Of a stretch of DNA of 64,000 nt, positions 1 to 12,416 are shown piece by piece. Position 1 is the first letter of the stretch; the number at the start of each line of letters is the position of its first letter. Below the pieces are notes generated by a model. The model worked only from the letters and a program-made list of their open reading frames with translations, did no database searches and was not told where the DNA came from. Position numbers and translations under genes: made by a program. The stretch is taken from contig OZ281497.1 in the NCBI GenBank assembly GCA_965637545.1, positions 25,544,001-25,608,000 of the forward strand, given 5' to 3'. The DNA comes from Phallusia mammillata (Eukaryota).

Positions 1-312
1 GGTGTTGAGGCCCTACAGCAGACAGGGCAACTCAATTATGCGTAATCGAAACAGTTAACAAAATCCCGCATTAAAAACTTGTTGATCCCGCATAAAACAA
101 AATCGTGGTGCCGCAACGAGTCTGTTAAGAAAGCAAATCGAGAGCAATCAAATTGCAGCAATAACTTGGATTTTCACACGAAAAGAAGTCCGACCATAGG
201 TTTCATTTGTTACTGGATATTTACGTTCGGTTGTTTTTTTCGCAGAAATTGCAGTTCAAATTTAAAATAGGCTTTGCATTTGTCATATAAATAAATATAT
301 ATTTCAATAGCA

Positions 313-1725
313 ATGGATGTGACCCAAGATCAATTTAAGTTGTACAAACGAAGGTGGGCATTTCTTTTTGGAATATTTCTTCTACAATTTTGTGCCGGAA
401 TATCATTTTCCAGTTACGGACAAATCAACTGGTTTTATGTTGAGTTCTTCAAATCAACTCCAGCAACAGTGGATTGGATCACCAACGCAAGAAATATCAG
501 TGCTATAGTCATAACATTCCCCCTTGCCTTTCTCATTTTCAAGGATAAAATTGGGCTAAGAGGACTCGTACTTGTCATCGGCGGCAGCTCTACCGTTGGT
601 CTTCTGTTTGTTACTTTGTCTCTGATCGATCGTTCTCTGATTGCTCTGATAGTAATCGGACAAATCTTTTGCGGACTTTCAGAAACAGTTGCAGTCGGTG
701 CCCCATCAACTTTTGCTGTGCTTTGGTTTCCAGAAAATCAAGTCGGAACGGCGATTGCTTTAAATGTTGTCGGTCTGTATGTGGGAACTGAAGTTGGATA
801 CACATTGCCTTCATATCTTGTGACACCTTCGAACGATACCGTGGAATACAAAGGAATGTTAAGCCTTAAACATTTAGCAGCAGGACAACGTCAATTGCGT
901 TACTTGTATGGGGCATTTCTGGCAATTTCTACAACTGTAACTTGCTTGTTTGTGATTTTCTTAACCGACAAACCTCCAACGCCACCAACTCATGCCCAAG
1001 ATTTGAAGAATAAGGAATTGAAACCTGAAAAGTTTGCGAAGGAGTTTTTTAATGAAACTAAACAACTTTTTTTAATGCCCTCTTATGCTTTAATCTGCAT
1101 AGTCATCGGATTTATATTTCAACTTGAACTAATTGAAAATATGATGATGTCTGAAATCATAGCTGATCTTCACATTGCGAAAAATGTTGAGCCATCTACA
1201 TTAAGCGGTTATATCATGTGTACATTCGGCGTTGGCGCTATTGTTGGCCTCACTTCTGGTGGCAAAGTAGTCGACCGTTTCAAAAGATACAAGCTTATGG
1301 CGTTATGCGGGGGTACTGCAGACTTCCTCTCGATTCTGGGAATTGCCATCAGCGCAATATGCAAAAACCCTTCAGGTTTGTATGCATGTAACGTATTGTT
1401 TGGATTCTTGACTGGCTTTACTATCGTAGTTCTATTTGAAATGGCTACACAACTGACTTATCCGATTGACGAGACGCTGGTGAACAATTGGATGACCGGA
1501 ATTCAAACTTTAATCGCTTTGCTGATGGGCATTCTCGCAAGGGTCATGTTTCATCATTGGAAGAGTATTGGGGTGCTTGCCTTTCAATGTGCTTGTGTGT
1601 TGATGGCTCTATTGATGCTAACCTTAGTTTCTTCGAGGAATCGTAGATTGGAAGTTGATGACCAAAGAGTGACAGATGAAAAACCAGAAGATGCTGAAAC
1701 ACCATTACTCAGCGCTCAAAAATAA
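313..1725 (+). CDS. MFS transporter, FLVCR/SLC49-like, intact single-exon ORF (470 aa); copy A1
   Basis: About 12 hydrophobic segments. Motifs LYKRRW, WFPENQVGTA, TDKPPTPPT, VVDRFKRYK, FEMATQLTYP and SRNRRLEV parallel recalled FLVCR motifs (WFGxxEVSTA, KEKPxxPPS, ILDYTKTYK, FEFAVEITYP). Confidence 0.9.
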   Translation: MDVTQDQFKLYKRRWAFLFGIFLLQFCAGISFSSYGQINWFYVEFFKSTPATVDWITNARNISAIVITFPLAFLIFKDKIGLRGLVLVIGGSSTVGLLFVTLSLIDRSLIALIVIGQIFCGLSETVAVGAPSTFAVLWFPENQVGTAIALNVVGLYVGTEVGYTLPSYLVTPSNDTVEYKGMLSLKHLAAGQRQLRYLYGAFLAISTTVTCLFVIFLTDKPPTPPTHAQDLKNKELKPEKFAKEFFNETKQLFLMPSYALICIVIGFIFQLELIENMMMSEIIADLHIAKNVEPSTLSGYIMCTFGVGAIVGLTSGGKVVDRFKRYKLMALCGGTADFLSILGIAISAICKNPSGLYACNVLFGFLTGFTIVVLFEMATQLTYPIDETLVNNWMTGIQTLIALLMGILARVMFHHWKSIGVLAFQCACVLMALLMLTLVSSRNRRLEVDDQRVTDEKPEDAETPLLSAQK

Positions 1726-2948
1726 TATAAAACACACCGATCTCTAAAACTTGTCTTATAATTATGTAGAGCAAGTCGTCTTTGTACATATTTGTTGTTT
1801 TACCATGCTGTTTCAATGCGTTTTTTTGTGGTTAGGAACTTTTGTTGAAATAAGATGATGAAAATGCCTAATTTTTTGTATGTATCTTAAACGAACGGTG
1901 AAAAACTTCAGACTTATTAAAGTTTACAGTATGCTGATATACACGCGACTGTTGCGTTTGATGTCATACAGTTTATAATGGTAAATCGTGATTATACCAT
2001 ACCTCTATAAACTTGATATCATATACGTTAAAAGAGTACGCAATTGTGTGAAAAAAGTACAAAGTTTGTATTTAGGAAACGAAATATTTGAAATATAAAA
2101 CTTCATTGCTTGGAAGTCACGATATGTACATATTGTTTATCAAATGACTTTCCCATGTCGCCATAACCGGATACCATTTGGTATATGTGCAATATACGTT
2201 TAAAGATCTAAAAAATGTTCGTGATAGCTTTGCTCATACATCGGAGCAGAATACCACAACTTAACGTTTCAAATACCAGATTTTTTATGTCTGATTGTGA
2301 AAGTTACTTTCGAGGTCCAATATGTTGGCTTTTCTAATAAACAACATGACATGCTAAAGTTCGGTAGCGATTGCATTACTGTATATTAGGGAATGATAAC
2401 GCTTTTTTCAAAACTTTTTCAACCTCATAACAGTTCTGGTTAGTTTAAGTTAAATTGGTTGCCCTTTATATGCACAAACTCAACTTGATAAGAAATTTCT
2501 CCCAGATGGTACGAACGAACAGTATTTTGTATTTTAGGGTTATTGCGCTATTCGGATAAATATAACCATTATCAGGTGCCAGTTTGGAATTTTTGAACAG
2601 TGTCATTCATTTACGGTATATCGAGCGCCAGAATGTTGTTCATTAGGGCAATTTAAAACTTTTTTAAAAGAATACAACAGTTACAATAAAAAAACATTTT
2701 CGTTACTCTAGCTTGGCTAGGAATAACAATGAAGGTCTCTCGTGCCACAAGAAACGTTCTGAGGAACGACGATTAAGCGGCTTTCATTTGGCCATCAGAA
2801 CCTGTGAGTTCAACCCCCCGTCATATGCAATCGTCTGTACCCGTGCATGTTCGTGTGGTCGGTTGTGATCCTACCGTAGAACATTCCCAAAATACAGAAA
2901 TCAATCATGACTCAAATAGCAGGACACTTAACTTATTAGCCCATTTTT

Positions 2949-3167
2949 TTAGTATCCTTGCTGTTTCGTGAAACTGTTCAACGATGACCATGTGAGGAAA
3001 TGGTCTGGCTTTACATTCTGTGACAGTATTTTTTTAATAAATGTAACCATCCAAGTAGCCAGTTGCTGGACTAACCTAATGCCCAGCAGTCCCAAACCGC
3101 CATGTTTAAGACTATTGTCTATTGTGTTTGTTTTCCGGAGAAATCTTTGTAATGGTCTGTCAATCAA
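2949..3167 (-). mobile_element. Possible small L1/Tx1-type ORF2 remnant
   Basis: Minus-strand translation ...KHGGLGLLGIRLVQQLATWMVTFIKKIL resembles the GGLGL motif C-terminal to the RT of L1/Tx1 LINEs. Short and degenerate. Confidence 0.35.
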
Positions 3168-3322
3168 ACTTTCAGGCCTAAACCTGATTCTGAAAATTCG
3201 GGTTCGAGCTCGAATTTCAGGCCCGTTTACTACTCTAGACTACTGCATTTAATTGCGCATGTCATTGATCAATGGCAACTCGATCATTCAAGTTTCCTAA
3301 ATTTAATTTTCTTTCCTTATAT

Positions 3323-4493
3323 CTAATTCATTGACGAGATTGGAAATAGCAGCAGTATGCTAATAAACAAACACGCACATTGACAGGCAAGCACTCCAAT
3401 GCCTCGCCAGTGCTGTAACATGACCCCTGCGAGTAGGCCTACGAGAAAAACGATCGCTGATTGGATCCCGGTCATCCAAGTGTTGACCAGTGTTTCGTCG
3501 TACAGAATCCAAACAATGCGTTGCATGCGTATATACCTGAAGTGCTTCTGTATATTACACTAATGGCAATTCCTAAGTTTAAAAAAAGGTCCATGATACT
3601 TCCACATATTGTCAGAAGTTTGTATCTTTTGCACCAGTCAACGAATTTGCCTCCAAATCCAAAGCCCACGATAGCACCAAAACTGGACATGCACATAAAG
3701 TAACTGCCCAAACGTACTTGTTGTGAAATGTGTATGTCAACAATGATTTCAGACATCATCATATTTTGAAACATGCCTACATGGAACAAAACATATGATA
3801 GCATGGAAAAAAGACCTTTGTTTGACGAAAGAAAACCTTTGCAGTTTTCTCAACTTTTACATCCTTATTCTTTACATCTTGTGCAACTGTTGGTGGTGCG
3901 GGAGGCTTATCGGTCAAGAAAATCACAAACAAAATGGTTACAGCTACAGATATGGCCAGAAATCTGCCATAGGTGTAACGCAATTGACGTTGTCCTGCTG
4001 CTAAAGCTCCAAGGCTTGAAATTCCTTTGTGTTTTAATGTATGGTTTGAATGTAACACAAGATATGAAGGCAATGTGTATCCAACTTCATTTTCCACATA
4101 GACTTACAACATTTAAAGCAATTGCTGTTCCGACTTGATTTTCTGGAAACCAAAGCACAGCAAAAGAGGAAGGCACCCCCAAACCTACAGCTGCTGACAG
4201 TCCGCAAAAAATTTGTCCAATTACTATCATAGGAGACCGATTGTCGAACTGCCGGCGCTGACTAGTATAAGCGTTTTAAGGCCAATTTTGTTCTTGAAAA
4301 TAAAAAAGGCAAGAGGAAATGTGATAAATATGACGCTGATATTTCTTGCGTTGGTGATCCAATCCACTTGTGCTGGAGTTGCATTGAAGAACTGAACGTA
4401 AAAACTATTTAGTTGCCCGTACCTGGAGAACTATATTCCGACAAAACACTGTAGAACAAATAGTCCGAACAGAAACCGCTGGTATAATTTCAT
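3323..4493 (-). pseudogene. Decayed FLVCR-like MFS pseudogene (P-type), convergent with copy A1
   Basis: Minus strand reads MKLYQR..., has an in-frame TAG at 4431-4433, then DWITNARN. Later segments (ENEVGYTLPSYLV, MMSEII, DETLVNTWMTGIQ) are spread over three frames. Confidence 0.9.
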
Positions 4494-4617
4494 GTCCTAT
4501 GTAATTTCCATCTTTGTTCCAAATCTTATATTTTCTTGATTGTCCAATATTATATTCCGATTTTTTGCGATTTCTAAAAATGCTTTGGAAGATAATAGAG
4601 TCTATTATCTATTAAAT

Positions 4618-4832
4618 CAGTGGTTCTCAAACTGTGCGTCGCGACGCCCTGGTGCGTTGCTTCAATTTTCCAAGGGCGTCGCCGAAAAGTTCTGTTTCGT
4701 GACTTTTTGTTGTTGTGTCGATCAACCCAACTTTAAAAATGAGTTTCCTCATTAACATTTATTTACTGGTGCGTCGCAAGTCCAGAAAAACTTGTCCAGG
4801 GGTGTCGCAACAAAAAAGTTTGAGAACCACTG
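4618..4832. mobile_element. hAT-type MITE (215 bp)
   Basis: TIRs cagtggttctcaaac / gtttgagaaccactg. 8-bp flanks tattaaat / tattaaac (7/8 match, central TA). Confidence 0.85.
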
Positions 4833-4839
4833 TATTAAA

Positions 4840-5815
4840 CAGACGACAAACGCTCTTGGAAACACGTTGCATACCTTGCGGCAAAACTAGCCTCCGGTTC
4901 TGGTATGCTGTTTACACTTCAAAAATATTTGCCATCATCTTCGGTGAAGCCTGTTTGCAGTCGCAAGTCATTTGACTTTCGGCATTCTGATCTGGGGCAC
5001 TGCTTCATCCCAAACTCTACATCATCTGAATGTTCTTCACAATAAGGCTGTCCGTAATTTAGACAACTTATCAAACATAGAAATCGTAAATCATGTATAT
5101 TCTAAAAGTCAAACTCTTAAAATTCCTTACATGTGCAATTTTGAACTAAGAAAATGTATGTTCAAAGTCCACAATAAGCTTTTGGCTCTCTCTACATCTC
5201 TGCCTATACTTACATTAGTTTAATTAATAATCACCTAGCACGTCAATCTGCCATTAACAACTTTTTCATCAAACGAATGTCTCAACAAAATCCCAGGCAG
5301 CATCAATTTACCAAGGCCCAAAATTATGGAATTCCATTCCTTTGTACAGTATATCAAAAGCAACCCTCTTCACTTGTTCTGCAAATTATACTAAAAAAAA
5401 CTTTTGGATCATTATATATAAACCCTGTAAGTTTTTGCATGTGTGCCATGCTGTTTATCCGCATTATTTCCGCACCTTCACGTTACTTTTCAATGTGGTG
5501 AAGATTGCGCTTGCTACCCTCCCGCCAGTTCCCTAGCAACCACTTGTTATGTGTATTTACATTTACACCACCAATGGCGTATATCAATTCCGTTATTGCA
5601 ACTTGCGTACACTGACTAGTTTCAATTATCCAATGACTCCAGTTTTGTGACTATTGTTTTTTTCCTTTTTGCCGATTTATATTTATTTTTGTGTACGGGT
5701 GGCGGACTTGATGACCGATATGATACCTTCGCCATGCGCCAGTTACTTGGGCATTGTATTTCATTTGCATGTAATAACCGTATATACGCAATTGAAAATA
5801 AATATGATGATGATC
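4840..5815 (+). mobile_element. CR1/L2(Crack)-like LINE 3' remnant
   Basis: Translation FGILIWGTASSQTLHHLNVLHNKAVRNL...FELRKCMFKVHNKLL matches the C-terminus of CR1/L2-clade ORF2. It ends in aaataaatatgatgatgat, a simple-repeat tail. Confidence 0.6.
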
Positions 5816-6114
5816 ATGTATAATCACGATTTACTACATAGATAGACGGTATGACAATGAAGACAACAGTCGCGTGTATATTAACGCACTGTAAACTTCG
5901 GTAAATCTAAAATCATCCACCATTTGTTTATGATATATAAAACATTTCTCCGAATCCATCTTCAGTACACAATTTAAATAGAAGTACCTGACTACATAAA
6001 TACAAAAAAGAACGTTAAAAATGTCGTGCACTAAAACGACAAGAATTGTACAAACACAGCCTGTTCTGTTATAAGTTACTGTAAGCCAAGTTCTAGGGAT
6101 TGGTGTGTTTTATG

Positions 6115-7527
6115 TTATTGTTGAGAGCCGAGTAATGGTGTTTTAGCATCTTCAGGTTTTTCATCTGTCACTTTTTCGTCACGAACTTCCAATCTACGAT
6201 TCCTCGAAGAAACTAAGGTTAGCATCAGTAGAGCCATCAACACACAAGCACATTGAAATACAAGCACCCCAATACTCTTCCAATGTTGAAACATGATCCT
6301 TGCAAGAATGCCCATCAGCAAACCTATTAAAGTTTGAATTCCGGTCATCCAATTGTTAACCAGCGTCTCGTCGATCGGATAAGTCAACTGTGTGGCCATT
6401 TCAAACAGAACTACGATAGTAAAGCCAGTCAAGAATCCAAACAGTGCGTTACATGCATATAAGCCTGAAGGGTTTTTGCATATTGCGCTGATGGCAATTC
6501 CCAGAACCGAAAGGAAGTATGCAGTACTCCCGCATAACGCCATAAGCTTGTATCTTTTGAAACGGTCGACTACTTTGCCACCAGAAGTGAGGCCAACAAT
6601 AGCGCCAACGCCGAATGTACACATGATATAACCGCTTAATGTAGATGGCTCAACATTTTTCGCAATGTGAAGATCAGCTATGATTTCAGACATCATCATA
6701 TTTTCAATTAGGACAAGTTGAAATATAAATCCGATGACTATACAGATTAGAGCATAAGAGGGCATTAAAAAAAGTTGTTTAGTTTCATTAAAAAACTCCT
6801 TCGCAAACTTTTCAGGTTTTTCTTCCCCATTCTTCAAATCTTGGGCATGAGTTGGTGGTGTTGGAGGTTTGTCGGTTAAGAAAATCACAAACAAGCAAGT
6901 TACAGTTGTAGAAATTGCTAGAAATGCCCCATACATGTAACGCAAATGACGTTGTCCTGCTGCTAAATCTTTAAGACTTAACATTCCTTTGTGTTCCACG
7001 GTATCGTTCGAAGGTGTCGCAAGATATGAAGGCAATGTGCATCCAACTTCATTTCCTACATACAGACCGACAACATTTAAAGCAATTGCTGTTCCAACTT
7101 GGTTTTCTGGAAACCAAAGCACTGCAAAAGTTGATGGGGCACCGACTGCTACCGTTTCTGAAAGTCCGCAAAAGATTTGTCCGATTACGATCAGAGCAAT
7201 CAGAGAACGATCGATCAGAGACAAAGTAACAAACAGAAGACCAATGGTAGAGCTGCCGGCAATCACAAGTACGAGTCCTCTTAGTCCTATTTTATCCTTA
7301 AAAATGAGAAAGGCAAGGGGAAATGTTATGAATATAGCACTAATATTTCTTGCGTTGGTGATCCAATCCACTGTTGCTGGAGTTGATTTGAAGAAATCAA
7401 CATAAAACTAGTTGATTTGTCCGTAACTGGAAAATGATATTCCGGCACAAAATTGTAGAAGAAATATTCCAAAAAGAAATGCCCACCTTCGTTTGTACAA
7501 CTTAAATTGATCTTGGGTCACATCCAT
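6115..7527 (-). pseudogene. Full-length FLVCR-like MFS copy A2 with one nonsense codon (W>stop) early in the ORF
   Basis: Same length as A1 (1413 bp), with ATG at 7527. The codon that is TGG in A1 (INW) is TAG here (plus-strand cta 7408-7410). The rest is open (418-aa ORF in the track). Confidence 0.85.
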
Positions 7528-7639
7528 TGCTATTGAAATATATATTTATTTATATGACAAATGCAAAGCCTATTTTAAATTTGAACTGCAATTTCTACTG
7601 AAAAACAACGCAACGTAAATATTTAGTAACAAATAAAAC

Positions 7640-8200
7640 GTATCGTTTTTGCCTTTACTGGAATCGCGCAAACGCTCATAAATTTTGTTCTCATAAACCC
7701 TGCGTTTGCAATAAGAGTAAATATACCTTTGCTCGTCGGTAGAATGTTGATCATATGTCTTTAAGATATGTTATTGCACTACGCTCAAATGCTGTAAGTT
7801 TACAGCAAGAATTGCCCCTGCGAGTCTTAATAAAATTTACGAGCTTGCTCTGTATTAACGTTTTGACATGCATAGGCTGTGAATCTAGATAAACAGCTGA
7901 ATGTAAGCCTAAGCGGAATTCGTCCCCGAGAGCGTCCTGGGTTCTTACCCTGTGAAAAAACGTTATTTCTGTCTGCAATAGCTTATTTATACGTTTGTTT
8001 TAATGTCCTCGAAACTCGTTTATTTGTGATTTAGTTACTGGGTGAGCGCGGCCATGTTACTCCATAGAACTAAATCTTACTGTTGTGAAAGCAATGAGGT
8101 AAGGGTAGTTACATTGATAACACAAAAAAGACGCAGAAACTTTATAATACGTGGCACGAACCGGTAAGTATAAACAAGTCATCCGACGTTTGCAGACAAG
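7640..8200 (-). mobile_element. Penelope-like element 5' ORF remnant (PLE copy 0)
   Basis: Minus translation ...KLTAFERSAITYLKD resembles the PLE N-terminal NLTxxExxAxxxL...PADKG region. Homologous to 10700-12400, 18420-19190 and 33640-34430. Confidence 0.6.
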
Positions 8201-8329
8201 GTTGATAAAATACCAAAGGAGGGCGCAAAGAGCATTTAAGAATCTTTAAGAGCACAATTGTGAAAAAATACTGAGGGATAGGGCTATTAGGGTTGAGACG
8301 AGGTTTTATAATAAAAATAACAAGTTGAA

Positions 8330-8450
8330 ACCAGTTGATTTGTCCGTAACTGGCGAATGATATTCCGGCACAAAATTGCAAAAGAAATAATCCGAAAAGA
8401 AATGCCCACCTTCGTTTGTACAACTTAAATTGCTCTTAGATAACATCCAT
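8330..8450 (-). pseudogene. 5' fragment of an FLVCR-like copy (first ~40 codons only)
   Basis: Reverse complement encodes MDVI*EQFKLYKRRWAFLFGLFLLQFCAGISFASYGQINW, then runs into MITE sequence. Its upstream 8450-8590 matches the upstream of A1 (170-312). Confidence 0.85.
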
Positions 8451-8842
8451 TGCTATTGAAATACTTACTTTTATGGCAAATGCTATGTCTATTTTAAATT
8501 TTACCTGCAATTTCTTAAAAAAACAACCGAACGTAAATATCTTTTAACAAATAAAACCTATCGTCTGACTTTTCGTGTGAATATCTAATGTAGGTTTTGC
8601 GTTAGATAATCTAGCAGCTGTAATTACCTCAAGGATTAGCCTATTAAGACTACAATATCTGCTACCGACTAATTTCTGTTGAAATTACAGTTAAACTATT
8701 TTAGCAGGGCAATACTTTCTGATGCAAACCACCATTCACACACCACCATCCAATTTTAATAAATGAGTTACGAACACTCAGGTCAAAAATGGCAGATTGT
8801 CTGATTACATACATAATATGAAATCAATCCCTAGTATTGACA

Positions 8843-9168
8843 GGTAGAGCTACTAACACCATAGGTTTCTCCTGATCCAAAAGTGCTTAATTTTCGACAG
8901 GTGGCGCAAAGAGCACTTTTTTCATTTAAAACGGTATATCTCAAAAAATGCTAACGGTTAGGGCTATTAGGGTTGGGGTAAGGTATTAGTACTTAAAATT
9001 CAATAAAACTTTCCCAAAAAATTAGTTACTAATGCAAAAATTTTATATAAATATTTCCCAGCCCAACCCATTTATAGCCGCTAAATAAATAATTCAGCTC
9101 TTTACGCCACCTATCGAAAATTAAGCACTTTTGGATCAGGAGAAACGTATGGTGTTAGTAGCTCTACC
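8843..9168. mobile_element. MITE with GGTAGAGCTAC termini and 9-bp TSD (Merlin/Mutator-like signature)
   Basis: About 70-bp TIRs (ggtagagctactaacaccata...ggcgcaaagagc). Exact 9-bp direct repeat gtattgaca at 8834-8842 and 9169-9177. Confidence 0.85.
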
Positions 9169-9499
9169 GTATTGACAACACATAGATTATACAAACACAG
9201 GGCTTCAACAAAGTCCTAGCAAACTGTTAGCCTTTGCTTCGGTCTTAATACAACCACTCCCAACCCTGAACATAAAACTTCTGCCCCGACGCAGCTACGG
9301 CGAGGCGTTAACTTGTCTCTCCCCAGCTTGCGTCGTAGGTTTCTCTTTGACACTCTAAAAAGAGAATTAATGCAAATGAAAGAGATTATAATTGTCCATT
9401 TTTCAATGCATTGTTCTAGTTTGTTTAACAACGACAAGCCTAAACGTTTTTGTCATAGACCGAGAAAACCGAGCTGTTGCGTTTAAAACCAACATGTTT

Positions 9500-9870
9500 G
9501 ATTACAACAAACTATAATCGTTTTCCTTACAATCAGAAACAAGACGTCGTGCAATTCGCCCTCAGGACAGGTCAATTCACTGACCAACTCTATACACTCG
9601 GGAGAAATCTCTGTGACGCAAACGTTGCCAAATTAAGCTACAAATTGTTTCAAATGAACGAGAGACCACTAATTCTGTTTAATTGTGTAACTGTCATCAT
9701 TCTCTTGTATTGGCGCTTTTCATGTAATCGCCCTTTCTTGTGTTCGCATACCTACGACATAGTATTCTCCGGTCCCGTTACGAAAGGGAGTGTGTTATCC
9801 TCGGGGCAGTCGTCCAGCGTGTATGCTGGACTGATTGCCCTGTTGTTGCCCGCGCAGATGTACGCTTGTT
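9500..9870 (+). mobile_element. Degenerate LINE reverse-transcriptase remnant
   Basis: QFALRTGQFTDQLYTL resembles QxGFRxGRSTxDQxxTL, and GPVTKGSVLS resembles GVPQGSVLS. Confidence 0.4.
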
Positions 9871-11052
9871 GAATGCAGTTACTTCAGAACTGAATGCCAG
9901 ATTACTGTGGTTTTGGAAATTTGGCAGTTGTATGTATTAGCATTATGTCTTGTGTTTGGTTTATAGACAGGTTTTATCTTCATAATGTAATTTAACTTAG
10001 TTCTTACACAAAAAACAATAAGCGAATTAGTGAACTCACGCAATAATAGAATAAACTAGATAGTATAACCTACATTAACATAAGATTATACTCTAAATTA
10101 AGTGGCGTTTTTATGATAGTTCAAATAGTTAGTTTAGACTAAAAAGGCGAACTACAAACGTTACACGAGCAAAAAAACAGGACATTCTGCCTTCCTCCTG
10201 TGGCAAAACACACAGCGTGTAGCCAAATGCTAAATAGGCGTAGTTAGTCACGTCGCGTGCAATGAATGGTTGTAAATGCTTACAGATTCTGCTGTTAGTC
10301 TTTTTTCCACATGATGAATTGACTGCCAACAATTTCCTTGAAAATATCAATACTTGCTAGCGGACTTTAAGGATCGCTGTTTATTTGTTTTTGTGTTGAA
10401 ATTTTTTTTTATCCAAACATGTTAACTGAAACGTAGTGCTGTTGTTGCTTTACACAACTAAAATTTATGAAAAAATTGTCGAAGACCGACCAACTTTGTT
10501 ATAATTCTTTTTGCCCTCATGTGTTGGCAGGTCCCCGCCCAAAGGGTATTTCATTGTTATACTAAACTAAACGAACGGGTCGCACTTTGCAAGAAACATT
10601 GTAAGGACGACTAATTTTAAATCTCAAGCCCAAAATGTATGTCGTCATGACTCGTGAGTCCTTTACTTAACGCTGTAATCATCAAGTAATCTTGACTCGG
10701 TTATTTCCAATGCCAGATTATTGAGTACCTTGGTATAAAATGTAACCAACGTTTCGTCTTCTCACAATGACAGTGAATGCAAGTTGTGAAACAACGCATA
10801 TGAAATGAACTTTCGCTCTTTGTGCAAAACATCAACAAACTTGTTAAGTGCTTGCTCCATTTTTCGGGTGGTGGCAGTTTTTTGTACGTACTGGAATCGT
10901 GCAAAAGCGTATAAACTTTGTCTTCATAAACCTTGCGGTCTTGAAATAACAGCACTTGTTACTTTCGTCCGCCGGTAAAATGGTAGTCGTCATATGGGTT
11001 CAAGATCTGTTATTGCACGTCGCTCAAATGCTGTAAGATGACGTCAAGGATT

Positions 11053-11768
11053 CAGTGCCGGATTAACCATTAGGCAAAGTAGGCACGTGTCTACAGGCCA
11101 GTCAAAAATCCAGGCCACTTCAAAATCTGTAGAAATTTAGTCATGTTTTCAAAATAATTACTTTCGAAACTAATAAGTATTTACTATAATAGGTTTTTCC
11201 AGATGAATTAAACGTTGCAAAAATCGTTAAAAAAATACGAATTGAAACATGTTTTTGATGTTTTTTAAAAATTCGCATTTCTGTTGAGTGACGCAACGAA
11301 ACAAATGTGGCGTTGTTAACGTTGAGTCAATCTAAACATGGATGATTTTGTTAGCTGGGTATGACTTAGAGCAGGGGCGGACAACATACCCGCAGACAGT
11401 TTCAGGTCTTGTATGATAATGTGGCCCGCGGCCACAGTCTGCCGCAATCCCCCACTACTTGCTTACTGCGTCAAATTATAGTTATAAATGTAACGGACAG
11501 TGACGCTCCCCAATAGCAAAAAACTTTCCCGCCGTTGTCGCCATTGCACCATACGTCCATTGTTACGACATAACTGCCAACCATGTATGGCCTGCTTTCA
11601 CGGTTTCCTTTGTTTCCACACGTGTAGCCTAATTAGTGTTTCAGCAGTATCTAAGTCTGTGGTGAATAATTTTATGTTGTATCAGTCTAATTTTTTAGTT
11701 GGCAACCCTGATTTTCGGACCATTTATGAAATGTGCCTACAGGCCAGCAGACCCTTAATTCGGCACTG
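11053..11768. mobile_element. hAT-type MITE with a nested CAGGGG-family MITE fragment
   Basis: TIRs cagtgccggattaa / ttaattcggcactg. Exact 8-bp TSD caaggatt. Related to 62701-62896; the internal 11371-11660 matches 62062-62619. Confidence 0.85.
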
Positions 11769-12416
11769 CAAGGATTGCCCATGTGACTCTCAACACAATC
11801 AAACAGCTTGCTTAGTATTAACGTTTTGACATGCATAGGCAGCGAATCTAGATTAACAGCAGGAACTTAGCTGAACTTAAGCCTGCGCGGAATTCGTCCC
11901 CGAAAGCGTCCTGGGTTCTTACCCTGTGAAAAAACGTTATTCCTGGCTGCAATAGCTTATTTATACGTTTGTTTTATTGTCCTCGAAACTCGTTTATTTG
12001 TAATTTAGTTACTGGGTGAGCGCGGCCATGTTATTCCGGAGAACTAAATCTTAAAACGAAGTAAGGGTTACATTGATAACACGAAAATCGTAAAAGACGC
12101 AGAAGCACGAACATAAAAATAAATAAAACGTGGCACGAACATACTCATGATTCTGAAAAAATACCCCATATGTTACAGCGTTGGCAGAAACGATTGAATA
12201 CATCAATTTCCTGATACTAGTACAGGAAATGACAAACGGATAAATTCTCAACACTAACCAACATAAACAACTGTCATGAATGTTGACACAAAAGCCGAGC
12301 AGACCCAAATGATAATTATTTTGATTCCATCAAAAGTAAAAAATAAATAATCCTTAAATCCCGTTAACCACCCTAATGTAGAGACTTTTCTATATACATC
12401 GTGTAGATATAAACAA

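Noticed and set aside
611-826. Recurrent antisense ORFs (MSQDMKAMCIQL..., MAISNRTT...) in many copies
   Set aside because: These are shadows of the duplicated MFS coding sequence, with variable ends and no independent homology.
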